The position numbers were made by a program, and so were the translations under genes. A stretch of DNA of 64,000 nt from Marsupella aquatica (lineage: Eukaryota > Plantae > Marchantiophyta), in NCBI GenBank assembly GCA_973895155.1, contig OZ316892.1, positions 10,024,283 to 10,088,282 of the forward strand, read 5' to 3'. Positions within the stretch are counted from its first letter, which is position 1; each line of letters starts with the position of its first letter. The notes beneath the pieces were generated by a model. That model was not told where the DNA came from, searched no databases, and saw only the letters and a program-made list of their open reading frames with translations. This document shows positions 51,470 through 63,316 of this stretch, one piece after another.

Positions 51470-52070
51470 GTATGATTTGTCAAGGCAAGGAGATCCACTA
51501 CTGAGAGTCTTGTCCTCCTTTCTTCGATCTCTGAGTTTCCACATTATTGTGTGTACGCCTAGAGTACTCACTTAGTTCTGGAATGATTTGTCAAGGCAAG
51601 GAGGTCCACTAGCTACGCAGATACTTCTCCTCCTCTCTTCCATCTCTGAGCTTCCACTTCATTTGCCCGGCACGTCTAGCGTACTCACTTAGCCTCTGCA
51701 ATGATGTGTCAAGGCAAGGAGATCGATCCATTACTCGGAGTCTTGTCCTCCTCTCTTCTCTGAGCTTCCACATTATTGTCAGTGAGTCTAGAGTACTACT
51801 CACTTAGTTCCGGAATGTTTTGTCAAGGCAAGGAGATCTACCATTCAGAGTCTTGTCCTCCTCTCTTTTCTGAGCTTCCACATTATTGTCTGTGCGTCTA
51901 GAGTACGCGCTTAGTTCTGGAATGATTTGTCATGGCAAGGACATCCACTACGCAGAGAATGTACTCCTTTCCTCCGCGAGCTTCCACATACTTGTCTGTT
52001 TAGAGTTCTCAGTTCGCTCGGGAATGATTGTGAAGGAAAGGACATCCACTCCTCGGAGACGTGTCCCTTC
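51470..52070. repeat. ~105-120-bp tandem repeat (5-6 units)
   Basis: ATGATTTGTCAAGGCAAGGAG-like starts at 51472, 51582, 51702, 51816, 51922 and ~52024; shared GAGCTTCCACATTATTGT..CTAGAGTAC..CTTAG. Confidence 0.9.
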
Positions 52071-53089
52071 TTGTATGCGAGACCTCTGGTGGTGTCCTGC
52101 TCTTACAATGGACTCTAAAAACTGCTCTAGTCTCCATTGTATCAAACCCCGAAATTTGATCCATGGACCTTAGTTAGCATTTAAGATTTCCGACAGAAAA
52201 AGTTGTCTCTTTGCAAATTCATGATCCATGACTTTTTGCCATAATCTAATCTGGGACGTCATATGCCATGAATATCAGTGAAAACAAATAAATACTTTCA
52301 TATGATTTTGTGAAAAGTCTATGGCCATTTGTTTATGGTCAAAAGACTCCCTATCCTCTAAACTTTCTTGGCTATAGTGATGCCCCCGGTGATGCCTCCT
52401 CCGCCTACAATGCATCTCATAGGAAGTACCATTGTGGCTCCCATTTTCTCCTGTTTTATTTGTTGCATGTGGCTCTTTGTCTCCAAATCCCACTATTGCA
52501 AGCTGTCACTAGCTCGCACTTCTTCCACTTCATGAATTCGTCAGCTCGTACATCATGACTTACACTGGTTATAGTAATTGGTGTTAGTGCATAATTAGCG
52601 TCACTAACCCCATTTCACAGGTAGAGCAACCTTGTATTGATTGATAATTTGATAGATTTGATTCTGTCTATGTCACACTAAAGGAAATGGGATGGCCTAC
52701 TATACTCTGAATGTTAAACTAATGGTGCTATTCAACTTGTTTGCACACTTGGGCCAGTATTTACTGAGCCTCATTAGGAGTCCTCATTGGATAACTTTTG
52801 CCATGTCTCCATAAGCTCAAATTTTGCCAACATATTCTCCCATCTCATATTTATCAGTCACCCTAAAAAGTTGGAGACCATTTTGTCCATTTTACTATGA
52901 ATGAGCACTAAAAGGGTCCAATATTATCAGTCAACTCCTGACAGACGTTTGACTTTCATTAAAGCCACCTTGGGTACTTTGGGCATGAGTTGCAAATTAT
53001 TACTTTTGGGAGGGCCACTTCCCCTTACTGTGTGAAGAACCCCCTAACTACCGTAGTTTGACTATATGAGCAGCAAATTATCAAGTTGC

Positions 53090-53280
53090 TTTGTGAAGGA
53101 TGCCTTAAGTAGTTTGGGCAAGCCATGAGTAATCATTTACTACTGCATAAACTCATTGAAACCGACTGAAAATGGTATTATCATGTTGTTTTGTGAAGGA
53201 TGCCTTAATTGGTTTGGGCATCATGGGCATGAGGAACAATTTACTACTGCATGAACTGATTGAAACCGCCTGAAAATGGT
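53090..53280. repeat. ~100-bp direct duplication
   Basis: TTGTGAAGGATGCCTTAA...TTTACTACTGCAT...TTGAAACCG.CTGAAAATGGT occurs twice. Confidence 0.85.
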
Positions 53281-56200
53281 CTAAGTCTGAAAATGTAAAA
53301 GGTTCTATTCAAGCATTTTTATATGTTCTGTGGCAGGCACCCCAGCAATGGAAACCCATTAGGGTTCTACAAACAGAAAAAAAAAACTTGATCCATCCCA
53401 GTAATGTAAATCCATGTGGGCTACACATAAAACCCCTTGATGCATCCCATCAATGAAAATCCATTTGGGCTACTTAGCAAACCCCTTGGTCCGTCCTCTC
53501 TTCATTTTCAATCCACTTTTACCTAATCTATATTTTGATGTAAAAACATTGTTATTGTGATTGTTCCTATCATGCTTGTGAAATAGAATATTGACATTGA
53601 TCTCAATTTATATGGTAGCTTTGGTGCGTCTTATTTTCATTGCTTTTGGGGCCTTTTGGCTTGTTGGTTACTTCTTCATTGGTTCTTGAGCCTCTGGGAT
53701 GTGTGTCTTGGTTGGGAGCTTTTTGTCGTTTGGTTGGTGGAATACATAACTACAATGCAAGTACAAGGACTAACACTTTTGCCAAAGAATACACGTTATT
53801 TTAGTTCATTTGAAAAACAATTGTCTATCCACTTTTGGTGATTCATCTTCCTGCAGTTGTTTGGCAAACGGTTATCGCGTATATAACGTTCGTAATTTAA
53901 AAAACAAAACGTAAATCTCACTGACACGGAGTCTTACACATGGATTGGATTTTCTGACATAGTGATCCAAAAATACAGGAATTAACGGTCCAGAAACAGA
54001 TGAATATAGGCGAACAGCATATCACCAAAAAGTCTCGTTTGTCACATTAAAATGAACGCCCATTTATTCATCGCGTCACACTTTATTTAGTTTGCTAACA
54101 TGCGCTGTTACAGCACTTTTATGTGACACGTGGAAGAGCTCATTCCAAGAAACCTAGACGTGTCCCCAACTGATTGCCTGAGTCTGGTGGGCCCGCCTTG
54201 GTCAGGGCAGAGGAGCAAAACTTTCAAGAAGGAGGCGGGCAGTGGCCGGCCCGTTCCCAAAAAAGAACTCTTCCAAAAACCAAAAGAAAAACACAAAATC
54301 AATAAAATTCCTCTGGCAGAGGAGAAAAAACTATATTTAACCGTGGTATCAAACTGACACCAGTACTGAAGTACGAACCCTCTCCTGGTTTCTCTCGGTA
54401 CAACCACCTGCCCTGCCCGCCCCCTATTGAATCCTCGGCAGCATCAAAAAATCCTGCCCGGCGAAGAAAATATCAAACTTCCTGCCCATTTTAAATCCGG
54501 GCAGAAGTAGAAAATACTAAACTTCCTGCCCGGGGAAACGTAGAAGAAAATACAAACCTTGCCGACCGTTGATACCGGGGAGGTGGGCAGCAGCAGAAAG
54601 GACCAAGGAGATGTTGCAGGTAGAGGGCTACCCAATTGCTTTGGTTTTGTGAGACTGATCAGTTCCTCGACTAAGCAGCAAGATTGTTTTTTGGTAATCA
54701 GATTACTCAAGAGCTTTTCGAGCTTATTCCAAAATTCCAAACTCTACATTTATGTCGCAGGGTGCATACATAAATCTGGAGCGGAGACTACTCATACCTC
54801 TAGAACGTGATGCCACTCGTCTCCATCGCTGCTCCCTTACAAAGTCTGGTTGATAGGCAGCCAGGGTGAAATGTGAGACGATAGGCAGGACGGCAGTGAT
54901 GGACCAGCTTGATTGTGGTCGTCAAGCTTCCAAGGGCTAGCTGATTTGAGACTATACCCCAAGGATGTGTTGCAAACTTCCCCATCAGCAGGCGACTGAT
55001 AGTTTATCTGCCCCTGTTGTCAACGAGTGTGGCTCCAATGATTAGCAGTCTCTCAGCGAGGTAGATTGGTCAGTCATGAATAGAAGTAAACATTACGGAA
55101 GGAGTTGGAGACGATTATTACTTATCCTTGGAGATGCTGCAGAATTTTCGCACCAGCGTTCCTTGAATTTGCTTCGTTAATATCGGAGATAGGTATAAAT
55201 TTGGTCGCCAGGACAGGAGAGAGAGATGAACGGACATGCAGCAGAAAGAAAGGCTGTTCCTGTTCCTTTAGATAAGGTTGTTCCTGGATTGGGTGTGTGC
55301 GGCAAAGCTCATATCACAGCACGTACAAATGGTCTCGTTTAGGGAGGAGAAAAGGCGGAGAAAAGGTGGAGAAAAGGAATCGAAAATGGTAGTCAGAAAG
55401 GAGTTTAAGATAGTAGTCAGACATTTGGGTGAGAGGGATTGGAGATAGTCAGAAGAATAGCTATATTTTAACAGAGTAAGTTTCGTAGGATACAACGTAC
55501 TTTGATGGACTGTACAACATCTTCCTGACTCCGGGAGTCGGACTGTTCCAAGTGCATTCTTCCTGGCAACTGCACGCTCGTCATGGCCTCGATGGTTGAC
55601 ACGCGTCTGTTGTCTGCAACGTCAATAATATAGGTCAGGACTTCATCAACCGATAGCGATGAATTAAAGATTACAAGTACGTGCCAGCCCCTGCATAGCT
55701 CGCTCACATGCGTTAAAATCTACAAGTACATGCCAGCCACTGCATTGCTCGCTCACATGCGATCGAGAGCAATTAAGCGCCCACAAGTATCGACAGTACT
55801 AACTCAATCTCACTCATCCGAGCTGCCCAGTTGCCTTTGAACTTTTGTGAACAACAGAGTGAATTTGACAGCCCGAATTCTACAATTCAGCTGCCAGTCT
55901 CTGAAACAATCATGTAGCAGACTCAACTAAATCTTGCAATATTCAACCGGTGAAGTGAGCCATGGACATGCACCTTCCGTTGAGTCCAGCTCTTGAAGAA
56001 ACGTGAAATGTTCCTGAATTTGCAGGGAGAACTTCAGCGAAGCTAAATTCTGTAACTTGGTTTTGCAGGGTTGTACACTAGCTACAGTGTGACTCAGTAG
56101 AATGCTAAGAGAAGAATACTAGCTCGTGTACAAAATTTCCTCTGTGGTGGCTGTGCGAATCATCGAACTGACGGTTGTGCTGATCCCGGATGCTGATAAG

Positions 56201-58049
56201 ACTGAAGGGTTTCTGAATGAGTCAAAGTGACCAGTAATAGCATGATCACAGGTTACTTAGACACCCATTTCTCTCAACGTGCAAGGAATCACGGATGACC
56301 CGCAAAAAAAGAACAAATTGGATTCACCAATGAAGCATTCACCCACGAGTATTAGGATCGAGTTCCAATTCGCCCCACCAGAACTTGAATTTAGGGCTAT
56401 GACATGTACTATGTTGAGGAGTACTCATACCACAGTTCCCGGTTCCTCACGACAAATCAACATGGCCTCGGACACATGGCATGCCTTGCATTGGTCTCAC
56501 CTTTTGCCCGCCTCTCGGGATGCACCTCGGGGTACGTTCACGTCGGGAGGAAGCTGATTCGATACTCGGTGCTGGATACTAGCGTAAGTTGAGTTGTCCC
56601 TCGGATTATGGCCTGCAAGCAAGCAGAAGTAACAAATAAATTGACTTCTGTCACCACTTCCCTCCCACCTCACCAGTCCCCGAGTTTAAACTATCCGGCA
56701 ATACAAAGAATGACAAGCCGTCGTAAAAATTCTACGTACAGCAGGAAGACAGCAGTGACAAGAACATGCACCTTGCTAGTGCTGTTCAGCCATCAAACGG
56801 GTACGAAATATTCCGAATACTGATATCGACACTGAGTTTTCTAAAGCTATCTTATGGTTGGCTCCCGAAACGAGACAGTAAAGACTGTTCCAGATGACTA
56901 TTCTTGTACGTATTAGGAGCCGTCAAAAAGTACTCAATAAAATCTACCCTTTCAAACGGAGATAGACTAATGCTATCAAGAATCACAGGAGCTGAAAGAT
57001 ATCAACCGTCCAGATTTTGAGGATTGTCATCTCGATTTGTCGAGCAAGAGGCGGAAGTGGCGGTCGCTAAGCCCCGTTTTGAGAAATCTCAGCCAATACG
57101 TAAACGAGGGAACGTCAAGATAAGGTCATATCCTTCCGTCAATTAGTATGATATCACAGTAGTATCCGGGGCTCCAACGGACTGGGGTGAACTGTTGTGT
57201 CGTCCCCTATTGTCACGACATTGATGGATCCGTTGGCCAACAAACTGGTTTTCTCGCAGAGAACCAAGAATATATTCCTATGCTTGACGCACCTTGCCAT
57301 AAGTTATGCAGAAGATTAAGGAAGTGTGGGGCACATCATGGTGTCTCCTAAGAATTTGATGAGCCGCATCAGTAATTTGAACACAAGGAAATACAAGAGA
57401 GAGAACATCTACATCTGTTCGAGTCCCCCCTTCATTTATCCATTGCAACTGAAGCTCCAGACGAACGAACAAAGGACAGGATTACAGTACATGACAATCC
57501 ATGGCAAACGATCACGATTCCGGCCTCAGTGGTGCTGCCTGCCTTTGCTTCACATACAGAATTCATTATATACTAGGCGTGCCCTAGAGTGGTCCTGTTG
57601 TTGACTTCCGAATCCCAAGCTAAGAGTTTGCAGTCTTCCAGCTGGACAACATCCTAAGGAGCTCGCCAAGAAGCTGTCTTACTACTGGAATTGCCCACCA
57701 TAGCTTTGGAGTGCTGAATCGATGCTTACACTGACGACTCTCGCTAAACTCAGAAGCTGCACTGCGTCGTCCTTCGAAAAAGCTCCAGGAGATTCAGACG
57801 GAAGCAACACCCACAGAGCAAATCCACAAGCTGAACGAGATCGAGTACAATATGATGGCACCCCGAACAATGTTTCACGAGTGCTGCCCAAGTCAGCTGG
57901 ACTGAACATCAATCAAAGCTGGTCACTGCCTACTTCACTATCCTAGAAGGTAAGACCGGAAGGTTTGCGAGCAAATGTGGGGGGCTCAGACATGTACACA
58001 AGGTGTTGGAAATGAACCACACTCGAACGAAGATGGATACAGCCACAAA

Positions 58050-58120
58050 GGGCCTGTAGCTCAGTGGTAGAGCACTATGATGTACACGGGAGGTCCTAGG
58101 TTCAATTCCTAGCCGGTCCA
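58050..58120 (+). promoter_or_regulatory. tRNA-like Pol III type-2 promoter module in the 5' LTR
   Basis: A box TAGCTCAGTGG, B box GGTTCAATTCC; D-stem GCTC/GAGC, T-stem CTAGG/CCTAG, acceptor GGGCCTG/CCGGTCC-A; anticodon arm 1 nt short and mispaired. Confidence 0.85.
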
Positions 58121-58244
58121 TGCTGTTGAAAGTTCCAACATGGTATCAGAGCCAAAGAAAAGGAGTTTCCCTTGTAGCGAGTGCGGCTCAAGGGTGGGTG
58201 TTGGAAATGAACCACACTCGAACGAAGATGGATACAGCCACAAA

Positions 58245-58315
58245 GGGCCTGTAGCTCAGTGGTAGAGCACTATGATGTACACGGGAGGTCCTAGGTTCAA
58301 TTCCTAGCCGGTCCA
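58245..58315 (+). promoter_or_regulatory. Identical tRNA-like module in the 3' LTR
   Basis: Exact copy of 58050-58120. Confidence 0.85.
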
Positions 58316-59277
58316 TGCTGTTGAAAGTTCCAACACAAGGCACATCTGAGCCCCCCTGGAAATGTTGATGAAATAGCGCACTCTTTTGAAGAGTTGGAGC
58401 TAGCTCAAGCTATCAATCGCTGAGGAATTGAAAGTGTTAAAAAGTCGCAGTGTGGAAACAACTCCGTCAGGTATATAGGTTCACACAGGGAAGGCGCCCA
58501 CAGCCTACAGACTACAGCTCTGTAGCCCTGGGCTGGTCAGTCCTTCAATTACTGAAGCATAATGATGGATTTGTAACCTTTTGTCCGTTTGTAAGCAGAA
58601 TCATGGTTTGACTCATAAAATCCTAATGAATGATCGCTCACGCCAAACATCTTCCTTTCCGCCGAACTTTAAAGTACTGTAGTTACACTGAGATCTTGGT
58701 GCAGCTAAAGTTGACATTAGCACAATTAGCTGAAGGATGTAATAAAGCAGGATCCAGAGCTACAATGGATGTGATTTGCATAAAACCCAAAAGGACATGC
58801 TTGCACTGTGCTACATAACCCTGACATTTGGGCGACGTTTCTCAAGTGAGTTTTTCTTTAAAATACAAAGAAGGCAATGCCCACCGCTCATTTAAACACC
58901 AATACAATCGTCCCATGACTTTGCATGCCGCTTACACAAGAAACAAGGAACTCAGGCTGCACGATAGGAATGTGCAATTGTGCACCTCTCCATGAATGAA
59001 AAAAAATTTGGGAAAAGTACAATTGTACTCGAAGGGGACAGGGGAACAAACTAAAATGAATTAACAGTCGCCTACCTACAGTATTCTACCTACAATAAAA
59101 GGAGATCGGATTTATGCAGGAGTAGCATTTAGTGGCCCCCAAAGTTAGTGATCTGTCTATGTACTACGCTTCCTTGGTGATCATGGTCTACTGGCAACTC
59201 CAGATCAGAATTTCAGAATCTGAAAATGTGTAAATCCTTAACGAGAAAAAATGCAAAAGCATAGATTTAAAAGAAAG

Positions 59278-59563
59278 TGAAGCCCCGATGGACCACCATG
59301 TTGGAGAGAGTGTTACTTTGAATCACAGTTTGGTGGTCCATGGGAATTTGTCCATGTGAATTCTAAAAGAATAACATAACCAAATGGCCAAAATTCACTC
59401 TCACTTTGATCAGAAGTTTAGTTTACCTACACCTCTAGTACACCCTCAAAACTAGAAAACATTTGAATTTAGGAACATCAAGTTCTTACAATTAAACTCA
59501 AATTTTTGAAAATGTGGTCCATGGGGTTTTCAAAAGACCAATGTTGTGGTCCATGGGAGCATC
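59278..59563. mobile_element. Possible degenerate MITE
   Basis: TGAAGCCCCGATGGACCAC versus the reverse complement of GTGGTCCATGGGAGCATCA; internal TGGTCCATGGG repeats; a similar end occurs at ~17352. Confidence 0.4.
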
Positions 59564-59631
59564 ATGTTTTATTTAAAGACTAGGTGATTGTGAACTGAGT
59601 TCGCCAACTATATCATATAGCTATCTCATTC

Positions 59632-59772
59632 TTTTTTTTGTCTTCAACGGAAATGAAGACACCACCCACCCACACACATATACCTAAACCCTGTGTGTGG
59701 AGGGGGATTGAACCTGGGACCTTTCACCTCCAAGCCCAATCCTATCCCCTAGCCAGACCTAAGCCAATTAGT
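59632..59772 (-). mobile_element. tRNA-derived SINE
   Basis: Minus strand: A-box-like TGGCTTAGGTCTGG, B box GGTTCAATCCC, short A8 tail; decayed TSD-like AGCTATCTCATTC / AGCTACATCACTC. Confidence 0.6.
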
Positions 59773-60060
59773 AAGCTACATCACTCTACTACTTTCCTAC
59801 ATTACCTTAATCAGAAAATTATTAACAATATGTTATGTTATCATATTTTATTTAAACCTATTAAATAATGATTTGAGATAAAAATGATGATAATAAATGT
59901 ACTGCATACAAATGCAAGGGGAGCCATCTTGCAGGGGGTGTGCAAGACACATAGATGCGGGCCAAAGGGTGTTCGTCATGAAACCCTCCAAACCTTCTTA
60001 CTATATATGATAACATGATTGCTTCAGGCTTGGTGCTGACCTCTTATTGGGACTGGCAGG

Positions 60061-61042
60061 CTAAGGGGTTTCAATTCCACAAAAATGACACATCATGTGT
60101 GATGCAAGATTTATTTTATTGGTTCTGAAAGAAGACTTGAAATTTTATTGGCAAAAATACTACCATCTTCCCCCGATCACAACGCCCGGCCGTTGTGTTC
60201 GAATATGACTTTTTTGGGGCCCTAAAAGTAAAAAGTGGTTTTTATTCAAACACAGCGTCGGATTAACACAACACCCGGGCGCTGTGTTCGAGTTTGGCAT
60301 TGTGTTTGAAGTTGGCACATACTTTCAAAGTTGGCACAACACAGTGTTGGCGTTGGCTCTATGTGAGATCATATTTTGGTAGGTAGTGTACATTTGAAAC
60401 TGAATAAATGAAGTAGGCAGTCCACAGTTTTTGCAACATGTAGCAACAATTTATCAAGCAAAAGCTCAGAACACATAGTAGACAACTTGTCCAAGTCTAC
60501 TGGGTTATGTGATTTTATTGTGCTGTTAGATATCTTTTTATTGTTTGAGGCAACCAAACAATTGTATTATGGTATGACATGCACTAAGTTGACAATAGTG
60601 ATGTTTTGGAACAATTTTTAGGATATTGTTGATTATCATAAATTTAGGGTACTTATGATTTGCAAGGTCTGTTCTCTTAGCTTCCCTTGTGTAATTCCAG
60701 CGTTTGAATTACCTACACATTCCCAAACACTTTATTTAAGACTTCAGTTTGTGCTTACACAATACATTAATCTCCTACCCTTGTACACAAAGGCCTATAT
60801 TCAAACACAACGTCAAACTCAAACACAGTCAATGCTATTTTTGAACACAATGCCATTTTCAAACACAGCGCCACTAGTGAAAAAAATCCAAAACCATGTC
60901 AAAAAAATTGAACACAATGCCTAGGGCACTATATTCAAATATAACGCCCCCCAGCCCACTATTAGAATACAGCGCCTGGGCGTTGTGTTCGGGGGAAGAT
61001 GGTAGCGACTTTTAAATCCAATTTTAAGACTTATAAAAACAT
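60061..61042. mobile_element. Old partial copy of the hAT-type MITE, interrupted by a mariner-type element
   Basis: CTAAGGGGTTTCA..CACAAAAATG..TTTTATTGGTTCT..GAAGACTT (60061-60160) resumes as AATCCAATTTTAAGACTTATAA at 61015. Confidence 0.7.
60163..61002. mobile_element. Tc1/mariner(pogo)-type non-autonomous element
   Basis: TIRs CCATCTTCCCCCGATCACAACGCCC / GGGCGTTGTGTTCGGGGGAAGATGG, TA on both sides; subterminal AACACA/TGTGTT repeats. Confidence 0.85.
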
Positions 61043-63316
61043 TCTCACATTCTAGGGTGTGTGAGGCCTAAAAACAAAGAGCAGTACACAGTTGGCATTT
61101 ACAACATTTTCTGCTTTTTGCCAGCATCTTTGGGCATGACAAGGGCTGGAAATTCAAGGGCCAATGACATGCCAGTTGAATGTCAGCTCATAGAGTTTTG
61201 AGATAATATGAGCTGTCTTTGGCTCTGATCAGAATTCTGCTTAGGTTTCTTTGCAGAAAGCTAGCCAAGCTCAAAGGTTACTTAAAAGGTCAAAGACAGA
61301 GTGAGTTAATATCAAAATTTATGGCTTATATAGGAAGGATAGGTACAGTCCAGAGCCTCTAAATTGGAAGGTCCTAAACTGTCAAAACAACAGAAAGGAA
61401 TCCAATGGCTTCCTTTTGCCAATTAAAGCCTTAAGACGGGTATCCATTGAATTTTGAACGGGTGGCGTTTCGGGTTAGTAAAGCACTCATTCGGGGCCAT
61501 GAAAAAATGAATTAAAATATTCACAGATACTCATAAAAAAGACTGTTCCCTTGGTATGTAAATTATTTAATTAATAAGGTCGGACAGCATTTCTTTGGTT
61601 TGGGGTACAACATTTTCTCATGATCTACAGTAGAGAAGTAGATACTTTTTCAGGTAAATCACGCATTTAATGAGCCCCAAAGTTTCTGAAATTACTCGGT
61701 GGGAATCTTTCTTTTTTCCTTTTTCTTGGTGGGACTCTTTTTGCATCATCCGAGTGTCTTCTTCTAAAAATAAAAAAATAATAAATAATAAATAAATAAA
61801 AAATTCTTCTTCTAACGGTTACGATAGCCTTGGAGAGAAACTATTGACCATCGCTCCAAGGCACTCGTATGATTGCCTACAAGTATGATTGTACTACTTG
61901 TAGAGACGGTGTAAATACACAAAAATTTAGAAGGTAAGTTAAAAGGAGATATATATTTAATAGACCCCCTACTCAAAAAATAAATTATTTGTTCAACCCC
62001 CCTAAACGTTTTTGCCCCCAAGAGACCCCCTTTTAATGAACAGTAGGGTTTGTTCTAGTTCGGGTCCTTCTAAAGCGAGAATATGGGTTACTAGGACCAA
62101 ACTTTGTCAATAGTGACTACACAAATTTGCTCCGTTTCACCATAGACTGTGTCCGATAGAATTGCAGGCCGTGAAGGAGTCTGGTCCTCGTCGACGGCGT
62201 TATTTCAACTAGGCGCTCAACCATGAGGTTGGGATTATTGGACTGCATTCCTTGTTTTGGCAATCCTCCCAGCAGGTTGCTTTGAGGCTTGAGCACGGGT
62301 ACAGTAAAGTGAGGTACCGTTGGACTGGCATATGGAAAATGTAAACTAAAAAAACCTGAAGACAATTTTCATCATGACTTCCCAAACCACCCATCTTAGT
62401 CATTTGCCTCTTCCCCCAAACTGCACCTTGTCTGCAAAAACTACTCTTTTCCAAACAAATGCCAAGTGTGACCTGAAGACAATGTCCACAATGTCTTCCC
62501 AAACCACTTGGGTAACTCAATGTATATTTTGGGATACCACGTGCAATCCTACTCTAATATAAATAACCCTATTTAATAAAAAAAACTTCTATAAATATTG
62601 ATGATTTTCACTATTAACTACTTATTTCACTTTGTAAAATGTATAATTATATAATTAGAGAATACTCTATTTATAAATTTGAGTTCATAAGACCTACTTT
62701 AACCCTCGCTTTAACTTCCTATGCTTTTTACAAGTTTAGCTATTTCCATCCAACATACCTATTTTGGATTGCACATGGTTCCTACATTTTTTGGTAGTCA
62801 ACTCCCTGAGCACTAGTGTCAACCATTTGGCTGCCTCAACCCAACTGGCATTATATTTGCAAAATTACTCATGGCTAAAAGCAGTGTCAAGTGTGACATG
62901 AAGACAATATCCACAATGACTTCCAAAACCCCTGGTGGGGTTTAGGATATTTCAAATCCCTAAGTTCCAAGTTCTTGTGCTTTGGTTGCAATGCACTCAT
63001 CCTCATGTCTATTAGTCTACCATCAAATTGCTTCATGATGCAGAATTTAGGATTTGGCCAAATCTTACAAGTTCTACCTTGAAGGTATTTTTCATTTTTC
63101 ATTTGTATTTCAACAAAATGGTTCACCGTGAAATGTTGGCCTGGTTTCCCGGGATCCTCACTTCTTTTCTTCCAACTCATCACACGCAAATAGGTATAGT
63201 GTTTTTACTGGGTTTAGTAAAAGTCTTTAAAATTTTTGTGGGAGGAACATTAGGGATATTTTAATCCAATTTTGAGAATTACTATAATCACTAGCCCGAT
63301 GCCCGTGCATTGTACG

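Larger units (their letters stand above)
58004..58335 (+). mobile_element. TRIM (332-bp non-autonomous LTR retrotransposon) with tRNA-derived sequence in each LTR (Helenus-like)
   Basis: Identical 137-bp LTRs 58004-58140 and 58199-58335 with TGTTGGAA..TTCCAACA ends; PBS TGGTATCAGAGC at 58141-58152; PPT AAGGGTGGG at 58190-58198; 5-bp TSD CAAGG (57999-58003, 58336-58340). Confidence 0.97.

Noticed and set aside
54700-57950. Decayed coding-like region on the minus strand (LRR-like words)
   Set aside because: No continuous frame or diagnostic motif; kept only as a search suggestion.
58050-58315. Two functional tRNA genes
   Set aside because: The anticodon arm is short and mispaired, there is no oligo-T terminator, and both copies are integral parts of LTRs.
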